DNA of 56,216 nucleotides, filler included, from Jimgerdemannia flammicorona (GCA_003990765.1; 3 parts of 3 records of this genome joined end to end with filler, not necessarily neighbours in it), one strand, 5' to 3'; positions 10,601-24,700 are shown, counted from the first letter of the whole stretch. Notes: a model not told the origin generated them from the sequence alone. Made by a program: numbers and translations.

Positions 10601-13600
10601 AGTACCAAATAGTTTTTTACTCTCTCTATAACTACTGCTATCAGTGTCATCTATTGGATCAATAAGAAAGATAGAGATCTCATAGACCAGAAATTCTGAT
10701 TATAATTATGCAAATAACTACTTTCTAAGAAATCACCATATTGTTAAAAAGCTGAGCCAGTAGACAAAATCTCTTCACCTGAACAGAAGTATACTCCTTG
10801 GCCACTCTTTCTCCAACCTATGATCTGAATGAGTACTGATTTCTAAGATAATATGAAATCAACAACCAGAAATAATATTTTTGAGCAATGGGATATTATA
10901 ATTATAGAAGACATCCAGACTGCTGAGACTGTCAACACCAGAAGATTCACCTCAGCTAGGATGTCATAATTCACACATTAAAGAGAGGAAATAACAGAAT
11001 ACAGATCTGAAAAAGTCAAACCAAGAAACTAGAAAGAAGGACTCTCAAGATCTATAATTTGAGAGAAAACATCCTAACTCTCATCAGACATACAACTCAC
11101 TAAGAATGGGTAGAAGATGTCACCAACTTCATAGAAGCCCTAGACTCTACAGAAAAAAGAGGAATCAACTATCTCTGAGATCTCTCTATAGAAGCCAGAT
11201 GGCTACACCTCAATCTTAGAGCCTGGAGACTTATTGCTAATAGAGCTTCAGCCCAAGGATAACCTGAACTCAGCAAGGATATTGCCCAGTACATATGTCC
11301 TGCTATATCCCAAGGCCAAACTCTTAACCAAAGCTCATCAGGAAGATGTGAGATAAACTGTTACAGTTTAGAAGATGAATCTATCAAGTCTGGAAAAATA
11401 TTGGTATTCAGAATGAGATTAGCCATATAGCCACCTAAAGGAACTTACATCTAATTGACCTCAAGGTCAGGACTTGTCAGACAAGAAGTAACTATAGAAG
11501 GAAGAACTATAGACCCAGGATATATAAGTGAAATCAAGATCATTCTACATAATAGTAATACAGAATAGTACTGAATCCTTAGAGAATAAAAGATTACTAA
11601 GGCAGTCTTCATAGAAGTCAAGACTTCTCAATTACAAGAAGTCTCTGAACTGATTGAAGGAATAAGATAAAATGAAGGATTTAGAAGCTCAGATAAGAAA
11701 GAAATACATCTCCTCTAGATCAACTACCTCAAGAAAGATGTCCCCTAGCAAGTATATTACCAATCAGTCAAACTATATAAGAACCTCATCCTAGAACCAG
11801 GAGAGCAAACCATCTTCAAAATCTTGATACCACCTAACTCCAGAAATCTCTTCTTCAAATCCAATAAGGATATCTCAAATCTGGACATTAAGAAATATAC
11901 ATTCCCTGATAAGTTGAATCCTGTGCACTCCTGAGCAGCTAATCAGAGCTGAGAAAGCATCATATTACTGAAAGAAACTATTATAGAATACTTAGTATTC
12001 TATCTCAAATGAACCTATAGGGAAGTTTATGAACTAAATCTATCAGAAAATGGCAAAAGGTCTCAGAAGAAAGAAAAGGCCCCTCAGTAACCTAGGAGAC
12101 AGTAAAGTCTTCCACCAATATTGGAGAAGAATTAACATCTCAGCAATAGTAACAACTAGTAGAACTTCTTTAAAAATATTAAGATATCTTTACTACTAAC
12201 TATAGCAATCTGCTATATAATCCATCATACCACCACAGTATAAATATAAGAAATACAATACCCATTCAGCAGAAGTCTTATAAGATATCTTATTATCAAA
12301 AGATATTTGAAAAGGAATATATTAAGAACTCTTAGACAATGAGATCATCTGACTCTCCATCAGTCCTTAGGCTAACTCTATACTTATCATACTAAAGAAA
12401 GGAGAATTGAGACTCTGTATAGACTACAGAAAATTCAATTTAGTCACTGAAAAGGATACTTATCTTTTGCTCAGAATCAATGATCTCTTAGATCAGCTAC
12501 AAGATGCCAGATACTTCAGCAGTATGGACCTTTTTGCAGGATTCTATGAGATCTCTATAGATCTCAAAGACATTCAGAAGACAGTCTCTCTTGCCCTAGA
12601 AAAACTATTTGAGTACCTCTAAATACTCTTTAGACTTTGCAATATATCTCCCACCTTCTAAAGAATAATGAACTCAGTCTATAGCTTATTAATATATTAC
12701 TATTTAATTATATATATAGATGACTCTAAAATCTATTCTGAAAATTTCAAAGAACATCTATACTATCTAGAAGAGTTCTTCAAGCTCATCCACAAGAACA
12801 ACCTGAGGCTCAATGCTAAGGAATACTACTTTGGAAAACAGAAACTTGAATTCCTTGAATTTATAGTTTCAAAATAAAAACTGATAAAATCAACAACTAG
12901 TTAGTATCTAAGACTCCAAAGGAAATACTATCATTCTTAATATTGGTATCCTATTATAGAAGATTTATCAAGAACTTTGCCCAAATCACTGCCCCAATCT
13001 GAACTCTTCTCAAGAAAGAAGTATCTTATAAATAGGCAGAATTATAAGACCTAGCCTTCAAAGAACTCAAGCACTACATAACTATAGTACTATTCCTTGT
13101 TCAGTCCAATTTACAGAAGTCATTCATCTAGTATATAGATACTTCTAATAATGACCTTAGAGTAGTTCTAGCCCAAGAAAAATCTGACCAATAATACTAT
13201 ATAATAGCTTATGTATATAAGCCAAGCTACTAATCAGCAGCAGACCAACTATGATAGCACTAAATTAGAATGCCTTACAGTTATATGGGCTATCACTCTG
13301 TTCAAGCATTATCTCATAGAAAAAGGATTCACTCTAATAATTGATCAAGCTGCTCTCAAATAACTATTTAACTGTAAGAAAATTACCAGAAGTCTTATCT
13401 ACTGAATCCTTATCTTATAAGATTATAAAATCACCATCATCTACAAAGCAGAGAAAACTCATAATAATATTATATACTTTCTCACTAATCTCAATAAATT
13501 AGAAGAAGGGTGTACTAAGAAACTATACTCTAAAGGAAGCTTCTCTGACTATTAAAGTACAAGAAGATCTCATCTTAAAAGAATATCAGAAAGTTCACCA

Positions 13601-14550
13601 AAGATAAATAAATATAGAAGGAAAGCTGTGAACAATATATCAATATTGGTCAAATCTTAGAATGTAAAGTCAGAATATTCTCAAGAAGTGTGACACTTAT
13701 CAGAAGTACCAAGAAAAGAAGAATTACCAAGTACTACTATAACCAATTACACTACCAGAAGATATCTTCCAAAGATAGAAAGTAGACATAATTGGACCTC
13801 TATCAGTTATACTAAGGAGAAATAAATATATCTTAGTATTTGTAGAATATCTAACCAAATAGCCTAAAGCTTTTCTAATATAAATTGCCAATACTCTGAT
13901 CATTGTTGACTTTCTCTATAGACTCACACTCAGATATGGACCCTCAGAAGAACTTATCTCTGACTGAGATACAGAATTTATCAATAATATAATTACAAAT
14001 TATATCTGAATTCATACAATTTATCTTAAATGAATTATATCATATTACTCTCAAACCAATAATATTAAAGAATGAATGAATCAGACCATTAAGAAAGAAC
14101 TTGCTTAAGTCAATTCTACTAACTGAGACCTCTGCTTATCTGAGATCATATAAGAGATTCAGAATATCTCTGCTGTCTTTACTAAATAAAAACTATTTGA
14201 AATGATGTTTACTAAGAAAACCAGGACTGCTGACTATAAGAACCTCAGAGAACTTTTTAAAAAGATAGAAAAATTACATAACCAAGCCTAAGCTCAGATA
14301 ATCAAAGTCTAAGAAAGACAAAAGAAGTACTATAACCAAAAACAGAAGGATCAGAAGATTAAGATTGGAGATCAAGTATTAGTTTGGAGAAGCATTATTG
14401 AAATAAACTTTGCTATCAAACTGAAGTCCAAATGAGAAGAACCTTATCTTGTACATAATATTAGAGAAACTAGTATCTATTTAAGAAGTCTGGATAGATG
14501 AACTCTAAGAATATTAGTACATATCAATTACCTCAAGATATATCTCTCTC
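7667..14550 (+). pseudogene. Gypsy-A gag-pol, heavily disrupted
   Basis: Recognisable gag, PR, RT, RH and IN motif remnants in Gypsy order; boundaries approximate. Confidence 0.8.
11300..11695 (+). pseudogene. dUTPase domain relic within Gypsy-A pol
   Basis: Translated remnants SRSGL (11461), IEGRTIDPGYISEI (~11494) and R*NEGFRSSD (~11664) correspond to dUTPase motifs II, III and V. Confidence 0.75.
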
Positions 14551-14556
14551 TATACT

Positions 14557-15031
14557 ATAAACCAGACATTTGACCAATATCTTCAGACTCTTGTCCTCAG
14601 CTCATTCCATATACTTTCAGTTTTCTTATCTTAATTCTACTAAGCTAATGAAAGTCTCTATTAGTGAATTCAGATTCTTTAAGAGAATCTCATCTTAGCC
14701 AGATATCTACTATAAGTCTACCAACTATAGACCTACTTTGCAATTGGTGAATAGTTGCAGAACCTCTCAAATTCTGAACAAACATATATCAGAAATATCA
14801 CAGATCTGATATAAAAAAACACCATTGCTGCAAACAGGTTATATACTTTACAAATGAAACATCTCAGTATTATTGTAGATATAGTTCATCTTATATGATA
14901 TATAGAGAATGAATTTAGCCACCTATCTGAGTATCATCAACTATATTGAAATTCTGTTTTAAGAGGAAGAAGAAAAACCTATAGAATAGAGTGATGCTGA
15001 AGATACTTATGCATATTGGAATAATGACTAA
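14557..15031 (+). pseudogene. Relic accessory ORF between integrase and the 3' LTR of Gypsy-A
   Basis: The frame starting at 14701 reads QL*TYFAIGE*L...IRNITDL...TIAANRLYTL, with the same motif spacing as the family B and C accessory ORFs; acidic tail near 14965-15030. Confidence 0.5.
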
Positions 15032-15070
15032 AAGATAGTCTGAGACAGACTATCCTTTAGTGGAGACTGA

Positions 15071-16177
15071 TATAATGAGTATTAAAATTATTATAAAATA
15101 GTTATATACTATAACAGATAAACTAGACAACTATGACTGCTAAACTATACCAAACTATATAAAATACCAGAAATACTACAAATGATATATTTATCTATAT
15201 CTGAACTAGTATTCTATACTTGATCAATATACTATATCTGGACTAATATACTATACTAAATCAGAATACTTACTATAAATAATAATCTATAGTTAGCCAT
15301 ATAGTAATTAGATAGTAACTAATCTATATAAAATAACTCAGAGAAAAGAATAAATAAACCTTAGTCAAAAATTAAATCTAAAGCAACAGCCTCTCTTTCT
15401 ACTCTAGTCTACTTTCTAATATAATATTTTGAAGAAAAATCAGCTACTTAAGAAATAAGCCACCTTTTAAGAAGTTTGCTATATTTTGGTTTACTTACTA
15501 GATAAGCTTGAAGAATTTGAGAAGTCTGCCTCTTACTATTAAGTTAGTCTCTGACATAGCTTTGCTAAGAGAAGAATCTGAGTTAGTTCTCAGAGAGTCT
15601 GCTATAGGAATCTTGATACATGCTAGTCTATTCTGATGTAACTTTATAGTAAAGCTAGTCTATTTGATATAAACCTATATAAATAAAGTCAGTCTTTGAT
15701 ATAACTTGCCAAAAATTTGTATTATTCAAGTTATTAAGTTATCTACCATCTGAGTTATCTGAGTTATCTGAGCTATTATACAAGAGATCTACTAATTTAA
15801 GAGAATCTATGCTAAATTAAAGTACCTATCAAATCTATATAAGAAATATTATTAAGATTGTTATACAGAAATTACATACTTTTGGAAATCATTATACTAT
15901 ACAAAGATCATCATACTATATAGAGACTATTATATAGGAATTGTATAAAGAAACTTACATATAAGATTATTATATAGAAATCACACACTTTTAGAGATCA
16001 TTGGACTATACAAAGATCACTTATTATACAAATTACTACTATATCCAAAACCATCTCAATAAGGAAATTGATATACAAATCACTGATATATTCAGATTTG
16101 ATTATTATATTACTAAATACCAATAAGGATACTAGGAATCTTAAAACATTTTGTTACTTTTTAATAAAGTAACTAGG
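15071..16177 (+). repeat. Gypsy-A 3' LTR (3' end cut by LINE insertion)
   Basis: Colinear with 1071-2057 plus 7294-7443; lacks the last ~65 bp present in the 5' LTR. Confidence 0.8.
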
Positions 16178-16183
16178 CAAAAT

Positions 16184-17520
16184 CTTTCTCTGGTAACATT
16201 CAGGTTATACAACCTTTTGATAGCACTCACAACACAGTTTTCAGAGAAAAGTGACTAGCAACATAGTGACCAATATATGTTCTGAGATGCATACTAAGCA
16301 GAGTAGCTCTAGTATATTTGACTGACAGTATATGAGAAGGGGCCCTGACTTGGGGGGATGTATAAGAGGTCTACTGGTGAGAGGACATAGATGGGGAGAG
16401 AGTAGGATTAGAGAGAAGGGGACAGAGAGGGCAAGTTTGACAGATAGAGTAAAGAGAGGACAGCTAGTATCTGGGCTGAAGAGTTGGCTGAGGAAGGGTA
16501 AGGAGATGGTAAAGATGGCAGAGTATGAGGGAGTGGCCCTTGGTATTAGAGGCAGTAGAGCTGGGGGTGAGTGACTGGAGTGAGTATAATGGCTGATAGC
16601 AATAGGACTGCTAATCTGAAAAAAAAATCCAGATATAACTGCTGATGGTGGGGCTGAGAGAATAGAGCTTGAATGGATGGAGGACCTGACAGATGGTGTG
16701 ATGGGCCTGGTGGTGGCTCCATTACTTAAGAAGTTGATCTCAGAGTTCATAGTTACTTTGTACTTCAGGGGTTTGGCAGTGATGACAAAAATAATATTGG
16801 GGCTGATTGCTAAGCAGATGGTTAGAGCTGTATCTGTGAAGTTCCTGAAGAGATTGGAAGGAGTGAAGGTGGGCTTTGAGGAGGCTGGGCTATTGGAGAA
16901 AGTGCTGAAGGCTGGGCTAACTGTGGGAGAGATGAGTGTGCTGATGGCATACTGCTTGAGGTGAGACCTCAGAGTGATGTAACTTCTGATAAAAGAGATG
17001 CTTACAGTGACTGTAGTGGAGATGAGAAGGAGAGTTGAGAAAGTCATGGCTGAGTATAGGAAGGTGGTTGATATTGAGTTCCAGGTCTGGGAAGAGACCT
17101 CATTCAGAATTGGAGATATTGATGTCCAGATTTGGTTGACAGAGAGGGAAGCTATGGGGAAGGCCAGAGACTGGTCTTTAGTGATAGTATGGGGGGCATT
17201 CTTGTGCAAGGTGATGAGGGTGAAGGAGAGTGAGAAGGAGGAAGAGAATTTGCTAGAGGCACTGGAGGAGCTGAGTGGTGCTATAGAGTAGAGGGTGAAG
17301 GCTTAGAAGGCATATGTAGAGTTGACACATCTGGAGGTAGTGGATGAGAAGTAGATCCACATAGATAAGGGGCTATAGGAAAGGTCTCAAGAATGCAAGA
17401 GGTAGAGAGAGTTGTTAGCAAACCTAAAGAACAGGGTGAAGAAGGATGAGAGTGGTATTGAAATTATAGAGGAAGCTAAAGAGAGTGTCTGGACTAGTAA
17501 AGATGGAGAGAAGGCCAGCT
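16184..17520 (+). mobile_element. L1/Tx1-like LINE, 5' part with decayed ORF1
   Basis: 5' motif gtaacattcaggttatacaa; ORF1 fragments (APLLKK...FRGLAV, GDIDV) homologous to 32198-34117. Confidence 0.85.
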
Positions 17521-18672
17521 CCTTTCTCCACTACCTTACCAGTCATAAGGTTTGATAGGCGACCTTCTGAGTCCCCTTTCCCCTATTATTACCCCCTCTA
17601 CCTTGGGTTGGTTTGCTGTGCATGGTGGGAGGAGGGCAATAGTGATGAGTTGCCCCTTTATCAGTGCCGGATCAGTGCTTCCTCCACTTTTTCACAGATT
17701 CTGGTGCCCTCAGCTGCATCTGGGGTGTGCCCATTTTGGTGTGGTGCCTTCTTCCTTTTGCCATCACCAACAAGGTATTGTCTCAGTATGTCTCAGGCTA
17801 TGTAGGGAGTCAGCTGACCTTGGGCATCAAGTGCTCAGTGTAGGTTACTTGTAGGTCCTCAGTATCTGTGGTGGGGCCCTCTGGCTTTGGCAAGCTTTCT
17901 GGTGAGTGCAGTTCTGGCATAGGTGACTGCTTTTCGGGTGTTGTCAGGATGGGAGGGGAGATGGCCATCACAGATAAGAGGAAGGGCAATAACGGTGAAC
18001 CAGTAGGGTACCAGGCTGGGGGTGGTCATCGGGGCTAGGGCAGGTGCTGCTTCAGTGGGGCCTTTTGATTGGTGTGGCATGGTTAGGTGGTAGGTATCAC
18101 TATTGGCTTCTTTTGGTGGTCAGTGGGGTTGGGCCCCAGTCATCAGGGGGGGCCCGAGGCTACCCATTTCAGGCATCTTGGCTCCACTTAACTGGAACCA
18201 GGAGCTGACACAGCAATGTGATCGAGGCCTACAGACTTGAGTAGTGGGGTATTGGGGGTTTCCTCCTGCCTCATGTGTAAGTCCTTTACTCACCTCGACT
18301 GGGAGAACCAGGCCCTACCCACCATGTTGTACTCTGATGAGGGTTTTTTCTTTGTCTGTCATTCTCTTTGGAGTGGCAGGGGCTATTCTATTCAGCTTGG
18401 GTGTGACCTTATACATATGTTGGGTTCTCAGGCATGCGCTTTCAGTCGTTGGCATATGGTTGGGTTTCCCCTAGTGGTAGAGAGAGCATGGTGTGCAGAA
18501 TGAGGTGCGAGTCTTTTTGGCCCTACTGTGCCTGGCATGGTCGAGCTGCTGGACAATAGTTAGCCTAGGTTAATGGGGTGGCAGTGCTTGATGGGTGGTG
18601 GGGGAGGGTTTTGGCCTATATAGTCTAGGTTCCCTTCCAATAAAAATCCATGGGATATGAGTCCATTAAAAA

Positions 18673-18772
18673 NNNNNNNNNNNNNNNNNNNNNNNNNNNN
18701 NNNNNNNNNNNNNNNNTTAATTAATTAANNNNNNNNNNNNNNNNNNNNNNNNNNNNNNNNNNNNNNNNNNNN
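18673..18772. other. Artificial contig linker (N-TTAATTAATTAA-N)
   Basis: 100-bp block of Ns around a six-frame stop 12-mer, identical to 37445-37544. Confidence 0.95.
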
Positions 18773-21715
18773 CCCCTCTTCCCCACCCCCTCTCAATGAA
18801 AAACCACCCTGTCAAACACCATCTCCCCCTGCCCACCACTCTGTTCACAGATCTCTTCAACCAGACGGTGATGTTGCCCACTCTGGGGACCCCAATCAAC
18901 CCAACCCAGTCAGCAAATCCCCCAACAACTCCTCCCACCTTAACAACTTTTCCTGTAAATCCATCTGTTGCCCTTCCTCAAAAACAAAGAGCCAATGTAT
19001 AGCCAACCCTACTTACACCACTAATACCCACCCTACAGTGAGTCAACCATTGCTAACACCCCCAACTAATCGAGATTTCAAATCCTCCCAATAAACCCTC
19101 TCTCTATCTAGCCTCCTTGCTACACCCAGCCAGACTCCTACTACTATTCAAAAGTCCCCCAGAACCTCACACTCTTCCAGCCAATGTTCTGATATCTGCA
19201 CAAATCCCCCAACTTGCCCTACATTAAAAAACTCCTCACAATCTAATCAGCCACCCTCTACCAGGTGACCAGTATGGAAATTCAACATGACAATCCTCCA
19301 AAGCATCTGCCACCATACTATCCAGAACTTGGGAGAAAGCCACCTCCACACCTCAGCACTCTATGACCAGACTCCTGCCCAGTCCCACTCCTTGCCAATC
19401 CTCACTGCCTATCAGCCACTTGGTTAAAGATTCTGACCATGTCCTCTCTGACACTCCACTCCATCACTAATGTCAAACTCAGTAAGTGGAATGCCCCCCA
19501 GAAGCAGTCTGTCTCATTGCTACATAGCTGGACCCTACTGTATCTCTCCCTCATTGTCATGCCAGTTCAGGCCTATCTGGTATACTCCATCCACCACCCC
19601 CCACCAGAAGCCCTTATACTATAGCTGTTGGCTTCTATTCAGGACCACCAGAGAGAGCAAATCCCCTGAGGACCCCTGAGGGGAGAATCTACTCTCCCAC
19701 ACCTTCTACAACAGTGGCACCCAATCTCCTCTCTGCAGTTCCACAACCCTTTTCAACCACCAAGCTTGCAGACAGTACATCCACTTAGGGAAATCCACAA
19801 GGCCAAGTCCTCCTCTAACCACTGGCATTGCAAGAGTATCCCAACTGATCTGGGACCTCCTTTCTACCCAGATCAAATCTAGTCAGTTTTGTCAGCCTCT
19901 TCACCACCCAAGCTGGGAAGTCTAAATGATAGACTACATACCATAGCTTGGGGAACCATTAGACATTCAGAATCGACACCCTCTCTGCCAGGGAGATATG
20001 GCGACCCCCCAACCTCTAAGAGCCTCCCCCCAAATGGTCACCCTCCTCTCCCACCACACTCGTGGCAAGACAGATCCATATATAGAAAGAAAGATGCCCA
20101 GATACTGCACCACCTCTTCTGAAGGGACAATTGTTCCAATGACATCTCCTCCCCCCAGCCCATTCCCCAACACCATTGTCTCACACTTATACCAGTTGAG
20201 TTTTACTCCAGAGTGGGCCTCATACTATTCCACTATCTCCTTAAGTACCTCAACATCTGCCACTGATCCAAGTCCAACTACTATGTCATCTGCAAAAGCC
20301 CCCACATTCTACACCACACTATATATAGAGAGTCCTACTACCTTCCATTGTATCCTATCCATCAAAGGTTTCAATAAAAGGGCATAAAGGATAGGAGACA
20401 GTGGGTCTCCCTGAGGAACTCCTCTTCTCAAGGGAAATGCCACACCCTGGTGACCATTATACACCAGTGCTACTCTACTGCCCTCCAACAAATCCAATAT
20501 AGAAGCCCGAAATCATGAGGAAACACTAATTCTATCCAGTATCTTGTCCAACCACACCAGCTGAACATGGTCATAGGCCTTCTTCTGGTCCAAAAAAACC
20601 AGTCTACCATCTAGTCCACAAGCCTGGGCCCCCTCAATGACACCATGCACTCAGGTAGCCCCATCCCTGATAAATCTGCCCCCTACAAAGCCCCACTGCT
20701 CATCACTCAGTACCTGTTGGGCAACCTTCTGTAGCCTCACAACAATCACCTTAGTCACTATTTTCCTGTCCATATCCAGAAGCATGATCAGCCTCCAGTT
20801 CTTCCAGTCCTCCCACCTCCTCTTATCCTTATACAATAAGGTCACCAGCCCTAAGTCCTGCTCTCTAACCTACTTACCATTCAGAAGAACATGGTCACAG
20901 AGGGCCATCATTTTGCCTAACACTCCAGAGACTGTTGCCATCTTCTTCCAGAAGTCCCAGGGCAACCCATCCTCTCCTGGTGCTGTCCCAAGCTTAGTCA
21001 TCACAAGGACTCTCTGGATCTCCTCCTCTTGGACTGGTAAGATCAAGTCCCCAAGATGCTCTACTCATGGCGGTTCTCATTCCTCCAGTGTATCTCCAAT
21101 TGCCTCTTCATCTGCACCCCCTTCCTCCTCACTCCACAGATCCCTCCATCTCTCCTTCAGTACCCCCAAGATCTGTGGCATACTATGCACTATTTCTCCC
21201 TAGACATCCAAGACCTATCTCAATGATGTCACACCCTCCTAGCTTGGAGAAGTCTAGACATGTACCTAGTAGGCCACTTGCCCTCCTCAAGCCCCTGTCA
21301 CAATAGTCTGGCAGCCATTCCTTTCATATGAATCTCCTCCTCCACCCACAATATCTGTTGCAACTCCACTACCTCCAATTTTACCCTCTCCAACCTCCAA
21401 TCCTCCACTCCTTCAGAAGAAAGCAATTCAGCCCATTCCAACTATAATCTAATCAGCCTATTAGAAGCCCACCTCACTTGCTTCCTTCTCTGCCTCCCAG
21501 CCTCTCTACCAGCTTCTCTCCAATACACCCTTACAGCCTCCATCAACTCCATCCAGTAGGCACCCATAGATGACCATTCATTTTTCCAGTGAGTGATCTT
21601 CATCTGGATTTCCTCCACCCACAGGTCCCATAACCCCTTCTTAGCCAGCAGGGAGGAGTTAAGGTGCCAATGTCTGGGTCCTTCTCCACTCCCCTGAAAC
21701 TGCCCCTGCCCCACT
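18773..21715 (-). mobile_element. 5'-truncated L1/Tx1-like LINE (end of endonuclease, RT, 3' region), decayed
   Basis: WRLIMLLDMDRKIVTK, GVPQGDPLSP, AFADD and YLG in minus-strand fragments; begins at GPRHWHLNSSLL. Confidence 0.88.
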
Positions 21716-21719
21716 CAGC

Positions 21720-24700
21720 AATCAATCTCAGGCCAACTACCATATCATCTGCAAAGGCTCTAACTTTCTACCCAATTTCAAAATCTGAGAGCCCAACTAT
21801 CTTCTGCCTAATCCTATCTATCAAAGGCTCTAGCGAAAGAGCATACAGAATGGAGGACAGTGGATCCCCCTGGGGCACACCCCTACTTAGGGGGAATGCC
21901 ACCTCTCTATGTCAATTGCACATAAGTACAGCCCTACTCCCTTCTAGTAGGCTGACAATTGCAGACTAGAACTGGTATAATATACAAATCTAATCTAATA
22001 CCTTCATCAATCAGACCCACTGAATCCAGTCATATGCCTTCTCCTGATTCAGGAAGACCAGTTGCCCATCCAGTCCACAGGCTCATACTCCTTTAACAAC
22101 TCCATATACCTAAGCCATATTATCTCTAATGAGTCTGCCTCCTACAAAGCCCCGCTGCTCTACACCCAAAACTTGCTGGACTACCTTCTGCAGCCTTGCA
22201 ACCACTACCTTAGTAATAAACTTTCTGTTCATATCCAGCAGTATGATTGGCCACCAGTTCTTCCAGTCCTCCCTCCTTCCCTTATTCTTATGAAGCAACA
22301 CCACCAGTCCAAGATCCTGCTCTCCCACCCATCTCTCTGACTGTAGTATCAAGTCACACAGTGCTATCAGCTCTCCCAGTACTCTGGAGACTCCCACCAT
22401 CTTCTTTCAGAAGTCCCAGGGCAGACCATCCTCCTCTGGCACTGTACTCAGTATAGTTGTGGCAAGAACCTGGTGGATCTTCCCCCCCATATTGGAATTA
22501 CTAACCCACCCAGCCCTTCTGCTTAAGGTGAGAATCTATCCTCCAAAGTACAGTTAATAGTGGCAGCATCAGCCCCACTCTCCTCCTCACTTCATAACCC
22601 ACTCCATCTCTCCTTTAACAACTCAAGAATGTCTTATATGTCATGTACCAGTAGACCATCAGAATCTAGTACCCCCTCCTACCTCTACTCTACTCTCCTC
22701 ACCTGAAGGGCCCTCATGAGATACTTAAAAGGTCTTTCTCCTTCCTCTAGCCCCTGCCAATATAACCAAGCTGCCAAACTCTGCACCTGTGTCTCCTCCC
22801 TTCCTGCAACACTTACTGTAATTCCCCTATCTCTATTTTCATCTACAATAATCTCCAGCCCTCCCCCCCCTCCTGCACCACTAGACCTGCCCAGTCTTTC
22901 AGGAGCCTAGTCAGTCTAGAAGAAGCCCATCTCACCCTCCTCCTCTTCTGTCTTCCAGCCACCCTACCAGCCTCACTTCAGTAGGACCTAGCAGCCTCTT
23001 TTTTGCTCATGCACTAGGCACCAATTAGGGCAACTTCCTATATCCAACCCTCTACCTTCTGCTGAATGTCTGCAGCCCACTTGTTCTATGGTACCTTATC
23101 ATCTAATAAAGAGAAATTGAGATGCCAATGTACAGGTCCATTCCTACTCTCCCCAAAATGACCCTGCCCTAGTAGTCTCCAATGATCTCATTATGGACAC
23201 CACTCTGTCTCCAGCAATTTCCAATCATCTAAGCCCCAGTAGCTTGCTATCAGAATCCAGTCAATTCTCATTCTCAGGCCACCTGTCCAATGCATGTACA
23301 CCCTCCTATTACCCCTGAACCACCTGCCAGCATCCACTAAAACAATTATCCTTTCTACTTCCTCACATACCTCCAGTTCTCCACTCCTACTCTCAGCCCC
23401 CTGCCCTTTATCAGTTCTATCCACCAGCACATCCCTGACCATATTGAAGTCCCCACCACTCCAGCCTCTACAAGGGCCCCACTCTTCTAGAGACCCTTCA
23501 CTCAATCTATATGCTCCCTCCATACAGCAGGGCAGTAGTAGGAACTCACTATAACCAGCTTCCAATCTATTTGTATCCAGTCTCTCCAAACCAGTCTGTC
23601 TCCCCAGCTCCTCACATCACATATCTCCCCTCTGCCTCTTCGAACCAGAATTCCAACCTTGCTCTTTCAAACTGCCTCACCTCCCCATTTCTTCATCTAT
23701 TCTAGTCTATCCAAATTATCCTCACATCTGACATTCTGCAATAGAAAGAGATCAGCCTTCAATCTCTTTAGCCCAAGTAAATATGTTCCTATGCTGAAAA
23801 GGACCCTGTAGCTCATTCATGTTTAATGAAAAAATGTTAGTTGTACTGTTCATAAGGAAAATTGTTTGATATCAAGTATATCCTCTACTTCTCCATATTT
23901 ATTGCCTCCTGTGCCATATCCAGATTGTATTCAGCAGACACCTCCCCCTCTTTAGCCCTCTTAGCCTCCAATTCTACCAGGAGCTCAGTTATCTCCCCAT
24001 CTTCCTTTTTCTCAAAATCTTCATGATACTCCAGGTACACCTCCTGCCAGAGTTGCAATTCATGGTGCTTTGCTCAACAGTAGGTGGCCTGCTCACCAGC
24101 AACAACTGCCAACTCAGCCTCTCTCTTCTTATCAATATCATACCCTTCCTTCTCCAAGTATTTCTGTCTTCAATACTCCCACCACTCCATCACTCTACAG
24201 GATCCATGCCCAATACTCATCACTTATCACTCTAAGGTCCACTTCCTCCTACTCCTCAGCCATCAAGTTGTTCATCATCCAGCACACTCATGGTAGGTTC
24301 CCCACCTCCTTTCCCACTAGAGTTGCTGGCCTTCCTCTATTCAGTATCATGATATCAGCCTCAGCACATACAGACTCATTCCACTCCTCCTCCAGGATAT
24401 CTACCAATTCCTCTTCACCAGCTGCCACCACTAGTCCCCCTTTTACTACATCAGGAACTCTGAAGTACACTTGCTGGGTACCGCATATTGGCACATCCTC
24501 TGCCATCTGGCCTCTTGCAGCTGGTCCCTGCATGTTAAGAGGAGGAGGCATATCCTCCCAGACTTCAAATGTACCATCCTTATATGGGTCCTTGCTCAGC
24601 ACCTTCCTGGCCTCCTCCAGACCCACCTCTACATTCCCTCTACTTCTGCTGGTCCAGACACTTGCCTTGGCACCTCCAGTATCTTCACTACTACTAGCAT

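Larger units (their letters stand above)
1071..16177 (+). mobile_element. Decayed Ty3/Gypsy LTR retrotransposon, family A (gag-PR-dUTPase-RT-RH-IN-accessory ORF)
   Basis: Paired LTRs starting tattatgagt (1071) and tataatgagt (15071); PBS at 7513; zinc knuckle CFYCRQFGH near 9020; protease ILIDTGA near 9695; RT RLCIDYRKFN (12407) and IYIDD (~12710); integrase remnants at 13600-14540; many C-to-T stop codons. Confidence 0.88.

Noticed and set aside
16241..17209. Long antisense ORFs over LINE ORF1 (also 28948-29730, 32479-33162, 24070-24945, 25020-25463)
   Set aside because: Low-complexity S/T/P/L products expected from the G-rich sense strand, which rarely creates antisense stops; no motif and inconsistent starts.
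18673..18772. TTAATTAATTAA as a piggyBac site or biological motif; adjacency across the gaps
   Set aside because: Identical N-flanked six-frame stop linker occurs twice; assembly artefact, so neighbours across it may not be contiguous.
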